Shown: in pieces, positions 21,816 through 31,313 of the stretch
How positions within the stretch are numbered: the first letter of the stretch is position 1
Layout of the letters: every line of letters begins with the position of its first letter
NCBI GenBank assembly: GCA_050748485.1
Contig: JBOGPP010000106.1
Span: 1,661-65,660, forward strand
Origin: Nitrososphaeraceae archaeon
Lineage (GTDB): Archaea; Thermoproteota; Nitrososphaeria; Nitrososphaerales; Nitrososphaeraceae
Direction of reading: 5' to 3'
DNA length: 64,000 nt
Translations under genes and position numbers: made by a program
The notes under the pieces: model-generated
The model's database searches: none
Told to the model about the DNA's origin: nothing
The model's input: the letters and a program-made list of their open reading frames with translations, nothing else

Positions 21816-21847
21816 ATCTTTACAAAGATCATTACGCGAATATAATA
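21816..21847 (-). promoter_or_regulatory. uvrBAC promoter: TATA-like element (21841-21847) and ATCTTT-N2-AAAGAT inverted repeat (21816-21829)
   Basis: TATTATA on the minus strand about 30 nt upstream of the start; a perfect 6-bp inverted repeat lies at the expected transcription start. Confidence 0.4.
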
Positions 21848-22946
21848 CTATTTACCAACATCAAATAAAATAACTAAAAGATCTATACTTACATGTAACC
21901 TTTTTGGCTTGGAGTGTAGAAGGAAAGGATTAGGTAACGATGTTATTTTTTCAGAACGCGAACAAGTTATAAATCTAACATATTCGGGTTTTTTCAGGAA
22001 AATATTAAATTTGACTGCCATAGAACTATTATAGGTTGCCACAAGATAATAGAATTTTATTCTATAGACTTGGGTTATTGCGTTAAAGTAAAATTTTTTT
22101 AGTATTATCTCATATGAATTGCATTTAAGAAGAAATTTATATTGTAATTTCTGCACCACAGTGGGGGACTAATTATTCTATCTCTTGAAAATCAATTGGA
22201 TCGTGCATCAAAGAGTAGCGATGACCATTAAAGGACATTCCGTTTTCTATAAGACCGCCCAAAGCCGTTGGCTCGGCTATTGCCAATAGCAATAGAGTTA
22301 ATTTGGGCCGATAGAAAGTTTCCATAGCATGCTTTGCAGATCTCTAGTTCGCTCCATCCAGATGATTATTCGCCCGAGCATATCTTGAGTATCTGCAGTT
22401 ATTGTCGGACTTGGATTCGATCCCCAAATAATATTTTGTGGGTAATTTCACGCCGAAAATGTCGTGTTGATTGGATAATGGTCGAACCAAACGAATAATG
22501 CTTCTGCGTTTCGTAAATGAGCCTAACATGCAGTTCCTGCGCGGTAACTGCAGTTACTGCAAATAATGCAAGTAACTTCGATTAACGCAATCATGATCGA
22601 TAAATGGCTGTGTTATAAGTTCGGGAATAGCAAGGTTCACCATATTCGATGGCATCTATATATCGTAAAAAAAGTTTCAGGATAAACGGTAAATCTCATC
22701 ATAATCATTTTGGAGAAAAAGATCACATTAGACGGTAATTTCGTTTTGGTCCTGAGCCCTTCTTGTCCCTTCATGGAATCCAAATTCTTTTTAGGTAAGG
22801 AAGAATCTTAAATTAAAGACTTGGTCGGTTCTTTAGAATAGAATATCAGTATGGTTTTAAGGTATGAGAGATTATGTTTGAACCTCACTTCATTGGACAA
22901 TAAATTATCGAGCAATCCTTTTCTTTAACTTCACCTATATCATAGT

Positions 22947-23675
22947 ATGGAACTATCCATTGAGTCGCTTAGCAAAGAATCTTTTCTTTCCTTTTTGGAA
23001 AATGATGCAAATATTAGAGTAGATGGTTTTCTTGAAAGCGCGATGGCTGTTGCTGAAGAGGTTCATGAAGGTGTCAAAAGAGAAGACGGGATCTCTTCAT
23101 TCTTAGATACACATATCTGGCCAGTTGCAAAGAATATGACAGTTCATTACAGGCAGCATAATAAAGCCATTACAACAGTGGAAATTGCAAGTGCGGTTCT
23201 ACATGACGTCTTAGAGGATAACGATCGCATCCTAAACCTCTATGAAACTAGGTCTTATGGATTTGATGCATATCTGCGATATCAATTTGGAAATCGTGTG
23301 CTTAATGTGCTTCATTCTCTAAGAACTCCTGCGCTGGATTCTTACGAAAGGAAGGCCTCTAAGAAAGATATGGAACAAGAAAGATTCCATGATTACTGTG
23401 CACTTTTGGCAGACGCAGATTACGACCTCAAGTGTATCAAGCTTTTCGATCGGATGAATAATATGAAATTCATAGCGTATACTGCTTCAACGAACAAGAA
23501 ACCAGTAGTCTATATGAAGATAAAAAGATATCTTTTGGAGGCTGAGGACTTTTATTTGGCCTATCCTATACTAGAGCCAAGAATGCCAGAGCTATACAAG
23601 CAATTGAGAGGTCTATATGAGCAATTGCGTTCTTACTATCTTGAAGAAACCTTAAGCCTACCTCAAGCTCAGTAG
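22947..23675 (+). CDS. Stand-alone RelA/SpoT-type HD-domain hydrolase (small alarmone hydrolase/Mesh1-like)
   Basis: H.G..R..G (HEGVKREDG), T-H, AVLHDVLED, FG..V and IKLFDRMNNM match the HD_4 motifs of SpoT/Mesh1. No synthetase domain. Confidence 0.8.
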   Translation: MELSIESLSKESFLSFLENDANIRVDGFLESAMAVAEEVHEGVKREDGISSFLDTHIWPVAKNMTVHYRQHNKAITTVEIASAVLHDVLEDNDRILNLYETRSYGFDAYLRYQFGNRVLNVLHSLRTPALDSYERKASKKDMEQERFHDYCALLADADYDLKCIKLFDRMNNMKFIAYTASTNKKPVVYMKIKRYLLEAEDFYLAYPILEPRMPELYKQLRGLYEQLRSYYLEETLSLPQAQ

Positions 23676-23798
23676 AAATATAAGTGTATTTATAAGATTC
23701 TAGATTTCTATTGAGCCCAGAGCATCAAAACTGATGTTGACCTTTTAACTGTTAGAAAATAGTTGTGACCCTGTCCAAAAGCCATTTAAAGGGTATCT

Positions 23799-24707
23799 AT
23801 GGGTAGGTATGACTGCATGCCAGTACGACCATTGAATGTAGGAGTAATAGTGAAATTAGAGCCAGACTTTAGCGAAGGAAATGTAAGCTATAATCCGGAC
23901 GGCACTCTTAACAGGGCAGAAACCAAAAATATACTCGGCCCGCATAGCGCAGCAGCCACACTGGCCGCCTTTTATTGTAAGGTAAAATATGACGCTAAAG
24001 TGGCAATTGGCACGATGGGACCGCCCATCGCTAATCAAGCGTTGAGACAAGCTCAACTTCTTTCCAATGCAGACGAATTGCATCTGTATAGTGATAGGAT
24101 ATTTGCCGGTGCGGATACCTTAGCAACCGCAGAAGTGCTTAGACTAGGCGTATCACGTATGAACAGTGGTTTGGGCGCCGATATTGTTATATCTGGCCAT
24201 AGAGCATCCGACGGCGAAACTGGCCAAACAGGTCCGCAAACTGCATGGAAACTGGGCTACCCTTTCATAGGGAATGTTATCGACTTTCATATTGATCAGG
24301 AGGGTAGGAGTATATATGCTAAAAGATTTATCTCGTTATACGGCTTTTATGATGTGATAGAAGAGATTCAAGCGCCTCTACCCGTTTTCATATCGGCCGA
24401 TCCTTCCTATAAGCCATCATTTAACACAATTTCAGAAAGGCTCTCCTTGGCAAGGAATCTCAACGAAGCACGAAATAGAGCCGACAACTTTGAAAAATAT
24501 CTACAAGTATACAATTCCGAAGGTCTAGGCGCAGATCCTCGGTATGTGGGGCTACCCGGTTCGCCAACCATTGTGTATAAAGTGGAAAAGATTCCTAAAG
24601 CAAAGGCCAAGAGGCGAGCCGAATTTGTTGATGGAAATGACACAGTTCAGCTCGATATGGTAGCAAAAAAACTCCTTCAGCTTATGACGGAGGCGCCCAT
24701 TAAATGA
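23799..24707 (+). CDS. etfB: Electron transfer flavoprotein beta subunit (FixA-like)
   Basis: VKLEPD...GTL.R, TMGPP, SDRIFAGADTLATA and GHRASDGETGQTGP motifs. Confidence 0.93.
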   Translation: MGRYDCMPVRPLNVGVIVKLEPDFSEGNVSYNPDGTLNRAETKNILGPHSAAATLAAFYCKVKYDAKVAIGTMGPPIANQALRQAQLLSNADELHLYSDRIFAGADTLATAEVLRLGVSRMNSGLGADIVISGHRASDGETGQTGPQTAWKLGYPFIGNVIDFHIDQEGRSIYAKRFISLYGFYDVIEEIQAPLPVFISADPSYKPSFNTISERLSLARNLNEARNRADNFEKYLQVYNSEGLGADPRYVGLPGSPTIVYKVEKIPKAKAKRRAEFVDGNDTVQLDMVAKKLLQLMTEAPIK

Positions 24708-25939
24708 GCGGAGCTACACAAAATTCAGAAACAAGCACAGGAAATTTAGGTCAGATCGAATCTTACCAACATCTCTATGTTGTGATAGAGCATGAAGAAG
24801 GCATTCCCGTGCCTGTAAGCTTGGAAATGCTTGGCGAAGCCAGACGGCTCATGGATAATTTCAACGTGAAATACTCAAGTAACGAAAAAGTGGTCGCTGT
24901 AGTACTTGGCGATAATGTTAGATATCTGTGTCAAGAACTGATCAGGTTTGGTGCAGACGTAGTAGTGTACGCAGATAATCATTCCTTAAAATACTATACG
25001 AATCTATTGTATACTAAAATAATATGTCAAATAGCTGAAGACAAGAATGTTGCAAGATCGATATCTCCTAATCGTTCCGAAAATTACAAAAAACCTAGGT
25101 ATATGTTCTTTTCTGCGGACAACACTGGGCGACATTTGTCTTCAACGGTGTTGGCACAACTCGAGTCAGGATTGGCATCCGATATTAATAAATTGGTTAT
25201 TTCTGACCTTGAGATTAGGCACGAACACAAGACTAAGGGTCAACCCGTTAAATTTGAGAAAACTCTAGAAATGTACAGGCCAGACTTCTCTGGGTTTCTA
25301 TGGACTACTATCCTGTGCCTTGATAATAGGAATCCAGCTATTGCTAGAGAATATCATCCTCAATCATGTAGTATCATTCCAGGTGTCTTCGAACCTATAA
25401 CCAAGGAAGATCAGCGAACAGGAACGATTATAGATTTTGAACCCCAGATCTCCGGCGAAGATTTAAGAATTAAGGTATTAAGTAGAAACATTATTAAGTC
25501 TACGATTGATTTTGAGAGCTGCAAAATCATAGTTAGCTACGGTCGAGGAATTAGAGATTCTCCCGAGGATAATTTCAAACTGATTGAACAATTCGCCAAA
25601 GCACTCAATGCTGAGATAGGTATATCTCTTCCAATCTCAAAAAGGCCTTACCAAACTAAGGATCAGCATCTGCTGTCCTACATGATCCCCGAAAGGGTGA
25701 TTGGCACCAGTGGTAGAAAGGTTTCGCCTGTAGTATATATCGCTATAGGTATCAGCGGAGCAGTTCAACATCTAGCAGGTATGAAAGAATCAGGCTTTGT
25801 AGTTGTAATAAATCCTGACTCGGATGCAGCATTTAGAGATGAATGTGATATTTTTATAAAAGGACGATTGGAGGAAGTGTTACCCATTCTCACAGAACAC
25901 ATAAAAAAACATATGTTAATGATAGAGAAGAGGGCCTAA
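24704..25939 (+). CDS. etfA: Electron transfer flavoprotein alpha subunit (FixB-like)
   Basis: VSLEMLGEARRL, GLASD, and FAD-binding IGTSGRKV.P..YIAIGISGAVQHLAGM...IN.D; ATGA overlap with etfB. Confidence 0.93.
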   Translation: MSGATQNSETSTGNLGQIESYQHLYVVIEHEEGIPVPVSLEMLGEARRLMDNFNVKYSSNEKVVAVVLGDNVRYLCQELIRFGADVVVYADNHSLKYYTNLLYTKIICQIAEDKNVARSISPNRSENYKKPRYMFFSADNTGRHLSSTVLAQLESGLASDINKLVISDLEIRHEHKTKGQPVKFEKTLEMYRPDFSGFLWTTILCLDNRNPAIAREYHPQSCSIIPGVFEPITKEDQRTGTIIDFEPQISGEDLRIKVLSRNIIKSTIDFESCKIIVSYGRGIRDSPEDNFKLIEQFAKALNAEIGISLPISKRPYQTKDQHLLSYMIPERVIGTSGRKVSPVVYIAIGISGAVQHLAGMKESGFVVVINPDSDAAFRDECDIFIKGRLEEVLPILTEHIKKHMLMIEKRA

Positions 25940-25942
25940 GAT

Positions 25943-27820
25943 ATGGAAAGATATGATGTTGCAATAGTTGGAGGAGGAACAAGTGGGCTTACGGCACTAC
26001 GCCAACTCGCGAACCTTGGAAAACAAGCTGTGTTACTTGAGGCTGGGAACACTGCAGGAATTAAGAACATTTCAGGAGGGATTCTCTATTCAAAAAAACC
26101 TAAGAACGGTAGAGTATATAATATTGAGGATGTATTTGGACGGGAATTTATTGACGATGCTCCCTATGAGCGACCCATAACGCAGTATATGTTACATGCG
26201 ACGTCTAATGATAAATTATATTCAATTGACTTAACTCCTGTCCACGAATATCAGATCAATTATGCCTACTCTGTCTTACTGAGTAAACTCATTCCATGGC
26301 TTGCCAAAGAGGCAAGTGATATTTCAGAAAAAATGGGGGGAGGGATAATATCCGGAGTCCATGTGAGATCTGTTAGATGGGAACAGGGTAACAGTGATAT
26401 TGTGATAGATACAGATGAGCTAGAACCATTTAGAGTAAAAGCTGTTATTGCAGCTGATGGCGTAAACTCTGAACTAGCAGAAGTTACCAAAGCTCGAAAC
26501 AAGTTCTCTTCTGAACAGCTTTACCAAGGAGTAAAGGTCGTAATTAAGCTTCCTGAAACAATTTTGGAAGAGAGATTTAATGTTACAGGTGAAGAAGGGG
26601 CTGCGCATTTGTTCGCGGGAGATGTGACCATGAATCATATAGGCGGAGGTTTTCTGTATACGAATAGAGATACCATTTCTCTCGGAGCAGTATATCACAT
26701 GGACTCTTTGATGGATTATCCAGTTGAACCCTCACGACTAATCGATACTCTAATACGAAATAAGTTAGTAGCAGAATTTGTCAAGGACAGAGTGCCTGCA
26801 AAGAAATCTAGTCAAGCTTTGATCTCAAAGGACGAAGAGATTCGCCAACACTTTATGGCCGTCAAGCTACTAAAAACCTGGAACAATCTCCGCTCTGAAT
26901 ACTATTCTAGAGATGGAATTAAGCGACTAATCGAAAGCGGCAAGTATGGGACAAAAGATGAGATAGAGAGTAGGATCGCCTTTCTAGAGAATGAGCTAGT
27001 AGAAAAATACAATTATGAATTTGGTGATAATTACGTAGAATTAGAATACAGCACTAAATTAATTCCTGATGGCAAGCGATGTAGAATGAAAGCACCTTAT
27101 TATAAAAATATACTTTTTGTAGGCGATGCAGCTGGTCGAGGTGTGTTTGTCGGTCCAAGAATTGAAGGGCTTAATGTGGGCATAGATGACGCAGTAAGGG
27201 CGGCAAACGCTGTCGCACGGTCCTTAGATAGGAACAACTTTGATGAGCAATATCTTGGTAATTTCTACACAAAGTCTGTGGAAGAGAGCCCATATACAAG
27301 AGACATGAAAGAAATTGACAAGGATTACCTTAAGATTTTCCTCGATTGCAGCAAGAATATTCCAAAGGATATAGTAGGTTCAAGATATGGGATGATTTTT
27401 AAGCTAATGTCCAGCGGCACTTTAAGAGGAATTGCAGTAGGATTTGCAAATATGCTCGGATTTGACCGTCTATTACCTTTGGTTGAATCTGTTGATACTT
27501 ACGTAAATGTTCCAGTTGAGCTAGCCGACAGATTGGGCAAGACTATAGATAGTAACTATGTTCCAACTACTCCATCACTACAGGAAAGGATTGCGAAACT
27601 GGATTACGATGATGATTCAATCCCGCATATACAGGTGACAAAGCCTCGGAGTGAATTTATGCTAAAGATGGTATCTTTGTGTCCTACGCGTTGTTATAGC
27701 TGCGAGAATGGTGATGTAATTCTGCAACATGAGGGATGCATAGAGTGTGGCACCTGTGCGTATGAAACCTTATGGAGACATCCTCGGGGTACTAAGGGAG
27801 TCTCATATAAGTACGGGTAG
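25943..27820 (+). CDS. FixC-like ETF:quinone oxidoreductase fused to FixX ferredoxin
   Basis: GxGxxG (VGGGTSG), KNISGG, AADGVNS, VGDAAG, then C-terminal FixX CPTRCY...CIECGTC...W.HPRG.KGV.YKYG in the same ORF. Confidence 0.88.
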   Translation: MERYDVAIVGGGTSGLTALRQLANLGKQAVLLEAGNTAGIKNISGGILYSKKPKNGRVYNIEDVFGREFIDDAPYERPITQYMLHATSNDKLYSIDLTPVHEYQINYAYSVLLSKLIPWLAKEASDISEKMGGGIISGVHVRSVRWEQGNSDIVIDTDELEPFRVKAVIAADGVNSELAEVTKARNKFSSEQLYQGVKVVIKLPETILEERFNVTGEEGAAHLFAGDVTMNHIGGGFLYTNRDTISLGAVYHMDSLMDYPVEPSRLIDTLIRNKLVAEFVKDRVPAKKSSQALISKDEEIRQHFMAVKLLKTWNNLRSEYYSRDGIKRLIESGKYGTKDEIESRIAFLENELVEKYNYEFGDNYVELEYSTKLIPDGKRCRMKAPYYKNILFVGDAAGRGVFVGPRIEGLNVGIDDAVRAANAVARSLDRNNFDEQYLGNFYTKSVEESPYTRDMKEIDKDYLKIFLDCSKNIPKDIVGSRYGMIFKLMSSGTLRGIAVGFANMLGFDRLLPLVESVDTYVNVPVELADRLGKTIDSNYVPTTPSLQERIAKLDYDDDSIPHIQVTKPRSEFMLKMVSLCPTRCYSCENGDVILQHEGCIECGTCAYETLWRHPRGTKGVSYKYG

Positions 27821-27905
27821 GCGTATATTTATTTTCCTCTCTCTTCTCTTAAGAAGAGATATACTAATTCACCAGGATATACCAATTCTTCAGGGTCGAA
27901 CACCT

Positions 27906-28457
27906 TCAGCTGATCCACTTAATGGAACAGCCAATTGAAGGAAAGAAATCCTTTTCGATTACGTCTCCTGACAAGACCTTTTTCACATTATCCTCCAATA
28001 TGGGAATTTTAGGATTCATCTGAGGTTCAATCGCATCATTTATACGCCCATGATAGACGAGTTTGCGTTTATCGTCAAAAAGAAAGGGATCTGGAGTACA
28101 AACGGCACCATACAATTTTGCTATGCGTTGAGTTTCATCAATTACGTATGGGAAATTAAGTTTGTACTCTCTTCCAAACCTGATCATGTTATCAAATCCC
28201 TCGTTCTCGTAATTGGGATCGTTACTATTGATGCCAATTATAGTCAGATCGTCTGTTGGAAATTTAGATTGAAGCTCCACAAGGTCGCCTATCCTAGCCT
28301 TTACGTAGGGACAATGGTTACACATGAAGATGACTAGCAATGTCTTGCTCTGTGTAAAATTTTCTAACGAGTATTTATTTCCGTCAATTCCGCTCAAGCT
28401 AAATCGTGGAGCAGCTTGGCCTGTTTTAAGGACATCTGAGGATTCTGTCTTGACCAT
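27906..28457 (-). CDS. Thioredoxin-fold AhpC/TSA family (PRX-like) protein
   Basis: FMCNHCPYV, GINSND, YGAVCTPDPF, Y.GRI.D and IGCSIKW motifs. Confidence 0.9.
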   Translation of the reverse strand: MVKTESSDVLKTGQAAPRFSLSGIDGNKYSLENFTQSKTLLVIFMCNHCPYVKARIGDLVELQSKFPTDDLTIIGINSNDPNYENEGFDNMIRFGREYKLNFPYVIDETQRIAKLYGAVCTPDPFLFDDKRKLVYHGRINDAIEPQMNPKIPILEDNVKKVLSGDVIEKDFFPSIGCSIKWIS

Positions 28458-28873
28458 TCTGCGTAATATTGCTGCTTGTCACTATAAAATGTTTTTTTCA
28501 AGAATTCGCCTTTATCTTCCATAAATACTCTCATAAATCACAAAGCTAATTTTTGAATAATAAAATTGCTTACGGCAAAAAGAACCTAATATCGATAGTC
28601 TCTATTGGTCAAGCAATTGGAAATCAGAATTGGCTAGGGGGAAGGAGGCTTTAATCTAATAGGATCTAAGTCGATCTTCTGAAAATCTCATTTATGACAT
28701 AATTTAAATAAGTATTCCTATTCAATCCTTAACCAATATCAGAGACGCCTTTATGTTGAGGCAAACTGATATTATCAATATATACATGTTCGCGATTTCA
28801 ACGAGCAAAAATCGAAGCAGCTATCACTTGTGTCCAAATGGTAAGTTTGCCTTAAAGTAGTATTGTTAGTGGT

Positions 28874-28895
28874 CAGATTACCAGATTACCAGAAT
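28874..28895. repeat. Tandem 8-bp repeat CAGATTAC x2 plus a partial copy
   Basis: Read directly from the amt upstream region. Confidence 0.6.
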
Positions 28896-29066
28896 GCAGT
28901 AAAGATCCTTGAACTTTACAGTTCGTTATCTTTGAGCGTATATTTGAAACAAATCCCCCTAATTATTATGTGTTGATTAGTGAAATCAAATCTCATTGGA
29001 AAGTGGTGATATAATTCATATCTTAAATCTTTCATCCTGTTTGGCGATACCAATTGTGATTACTTG

Positions 29067-29112
29067 AATAGTTATACTTGGACTATTTAGTTATAAAAAT
29101 TTTTATACTTGG
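29067..29112 (+). promoter_or_regulatory. amt promoter with TATA box inside a 16-bp palindrome and an upstream AATAGT-N9-ACTATT inverted repeat
   Basis: TATAAAAATTTTTATA (29092-29107) is a perfect palindrome 17 nt upstream of the ATG; TTATACTTGG occurs at 29072 and 29103. Confidence 0.5.
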
Positions 29113-29124
29113 GGCGAATGTATC

Positions 29125-30360
29125 ATGGAAGTGCCGATAGATACTGGCGATACTGCTTGGATGATGGTTGCTACTGGCTTGGTTCTGCTTATGACACCAG
29201 CGCTGGGCTTCTTTGAAGCTGGACTCATCAGGGGCAAAAATTCCTTATCTGTGATGATGCAAACCTTTTCGGGTCTGGCAATTCTTTCTGTATTGTGGTT
29301 CTTGATAGGATTTACGCTGGTATTCTCTCCTTCAATAGGTGGAATTATTGGCGGCCTGCAATGGGCCTTCTTCAATGAGGTACCTTTTGATAGCGCTCTG
29401 GATTATGCTCCATCTATTCCTGGTGTAACATTTGCTACATTCCAAATGATGTTTGCGGTTATAACTCCGCTACTGATCACTGGTGCATTCGCTGAACGGG
29501 TAAAGTTCAGCGGATTTGTAATTTTTATTGTGGCATGGAGCTTCGTGGTGTATTTCCCGCTCGCACACTGGGTTTGGGGAGGAGGTTGGCTAGCTAATCT
29601 TGGAGTATATGACTTTGCAGGAGGTATTGTAATTCATACGTCTGCAGGCTTGGCCTCAATTGCAGCAGCACTTGTCTTAGGGCGTCGAAAGAATTTTGGT
29701 CCAGATATAATGGTTCCGCATAATATCCCTCTTGCGGTTCTGGGTGCATCCTTACTTTGGTTAGGTTGGTTCGGCTTTAATGCCGGGAGTGCACTAGCAT
29801 CAGGTGCCTTGGCAGCGAATGCGTTCCTAGTAACCCAGATTGGAGCGGTGACATCAGCAGTAGTCTGGATTTTACTGTCATGGAAAAGATCGAAGAAACC
29901 ATCTACGACCGCAGCGATCAACGGTGCTATCTGCGGTCTTGCCGGTGTGACTCCCGCTGCTGGTTTCATAACAGCACAAAGCTCATTCTTTTTAGGAATT
30001 GTGTTGGGGTTTGCTTCGTATTTTGGAATCCTCTTGATCAAGGAAAGGTTGAAAATCGATGATGCACTCGATGTCAGTTCAGTACATGGCCTAACTGGCA
30101 TAATTGGAGCGCTCGCTATTGGGTTTGTTGCAACAACTCTTGTAAATCCAGATGGTCCTGAAGGTTTACTTTATGGAAATGCATCTCAGTTGGCAATCCA
30201 AGCTCTAGGAGTGGTTGTAGCCGCAGGCCTGGCGTTTGTAGGAACCATAGTTATCATGAAGGTGATTGACAAGACAATTGGTCTTCGTGTTACAGAGGTT
30301 GAAGAAGATATAGGCTTAGATATTGCTCAACACGCCGAGCGAGCATATGTAGAGCAATGA
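29125..30360 (+). CDS. amt: Ammonium transporter (Amt family)
   Basis: DTAWM, FQMMFA, twin His (IHTSAG, VHG), WFGFNAGS, eleven TM helices, C-terminal LRV...EE.IGLD..QH.E. Confidence 0.97.
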   Translation: MEVPIDTGDTAWMMVATGLVLLMTPALGFFEAGLIRGKNSLSVMMQTFSGLAILSVLWFLIGFTLVFSPSIGGIIGGLQWAFFNEVPFDSALDYAPSIPGVTFATFQMMFAVITPLLITGAFAERVKFSGFVIFIVAWSFVVYFPLAHWVWGGGWLANLGVYDFAGGIVIHTSAGLASIAAALVLGRRKNFGPDIMVPHNIPLAVLGASLLWLGWFGFNAGSALASGALAANAFLVTQIGAVTSAVVWILLSWKRSKKPSTTAAINGAICGLAGVTPAAGFITAQSSFFLGIVLGFASYFGILLIKERLKIDDALDVSSVHGLTGIIGALAIGFVATTLVNPDGPEGLLYGNASQLAIQALGVVVAAGLAFVGTIVIMKVIDKTIGLRVTEVEEDIGLDIAQHAERAYVEQ

Positions 30361-30423
30361 GGCGTTGGTTATTACGAGACGATATATATACCACCCAGAA
30401 TTACATATTTACGAATATTTTCT

Positions 30424-30774
30424 TTGAAAATGCTCCAAGCTATCATCAGAGCCGAGAAGATGCCAGTGGTTAAAGAGCAATTGCGAGGTATTGGGATTGG
30501 GGGTATGACCGTGTCTTCGGTCTCAGGATGGAGCAGACAAAGGGAACTTCACCTGCAATGGCGTGGACAACCCGTGTCATACGATCTTGTCCCTCGGATG
30601 AAGTTTGAAATCGCAGTTCCCGACGATCGAGTAGAATTAGTAATTAGGACGATTGTAAGACATGCCCGAAGCGGAGAGAGTGGAGAACAAGGGGACGGGA
30701 TCATATTTCTTTCGAGTATTGAGCAAGCGATTAATATTGCAACGCTTGAAGAAGGAGACAGAAGTCTGACCTAG
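30424..30774 (+). CDS. glnK: PII-family nitrogen regulatory protein (atypical)
   Basis: MKMLQAIIR, GMTVS, RQ, RG T-loop, K.EI, GDG.IF; directly downstream of amt. Confidence 0.85.
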   Translation: MKMLQAIIRAEKMPVVKEQLRGIGIGGMTVSSVSGWSRQRELHLQWRGQPVSYDLVPRMKFEIAVPDDRVELVIRTIVRHARSGESGEQGDGIIFLSSIEQAINIATLEEGDRSLT

Positions 30775-30797
30775 TTTGCCTAGTAGCAGCACCATGG

Positions 30798-31190
30798 TTG
30801 GCTCAAAAAATATTATATAAGAATTGGGCATACTCCAATAGGAAGTTGAAACGAATTGATCTAATAATTCCGCTTGAACGCCTGCGTGATTTGAACGATT
30901 TGATGCACGAGCATGATGTAGGTGGACTAACCTTCTATGATGTTAAAGGCCGCGGCCGCACAAGACAAGAGCCTGTAGCTGTGGGAAGAGGTGTAATGCG
31001 GTACGTCCCCGAATTTGGGTCACGAATGAAAGTCGAGGTTCTCGTCAGTAACGAGAAGATGAAGCCGCTAATAGATGATATACTGGCAAAGATAGGTACA
31101 GGCTCTCTATCAGATGGGAAGATATTTGTCTACGATGTATCAGAGGCGTACGATATCGGCTCGAAAGAGTCAGGTGACAACGCCCTGTAA
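30798..31190 (+). CDS. Second PII-family protein
   Basis: GLTFYDVKGRGR, KVEVLV and SDGKIFVYDV motifs. Confidence 0.88.
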   Translation: MAQKILYKNWAYSNRKLKRIDLIIPLERLRDLNDLMHEHDVGGLTFYDVKGRGRTRQEPVAVGRGVMRYVPEFGSRMKVEVLVSNEKMKPLIDDILAKIGTGSLSDGKIFVYDVSEAYDIGSKESGDNAL

Positions 31191-31313
31191 CATGTGATTC
31201 TTTGGTTGAACTACCAGCGATTGGCGCGTTAAAATGCGTCGATTAGTTTATCTAAAACCATGAACTATACATCGCGTACTTGAAATATATTCAAGATTCA
31301 ATTCCTGACGACC

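Noticed and set aside
21848-22159. 103-aa ORF upstream of uvrB
   Set aside because: Very AT-rich, F/Y/K/N-biased, and overlaps the uvrB promoter; probably spurious.
22173-22529. ORF 22344-22529 continues in frame past its TAG into a 50-aa ORF (22173-22325)
   Set aside because: The joined product has no recognisable domain; an open frame of this length after a stop is expected by chance.
28458-29124. NrpR operator upstream of amt
   Set aside because: No GGAA-N6-TTCC found.
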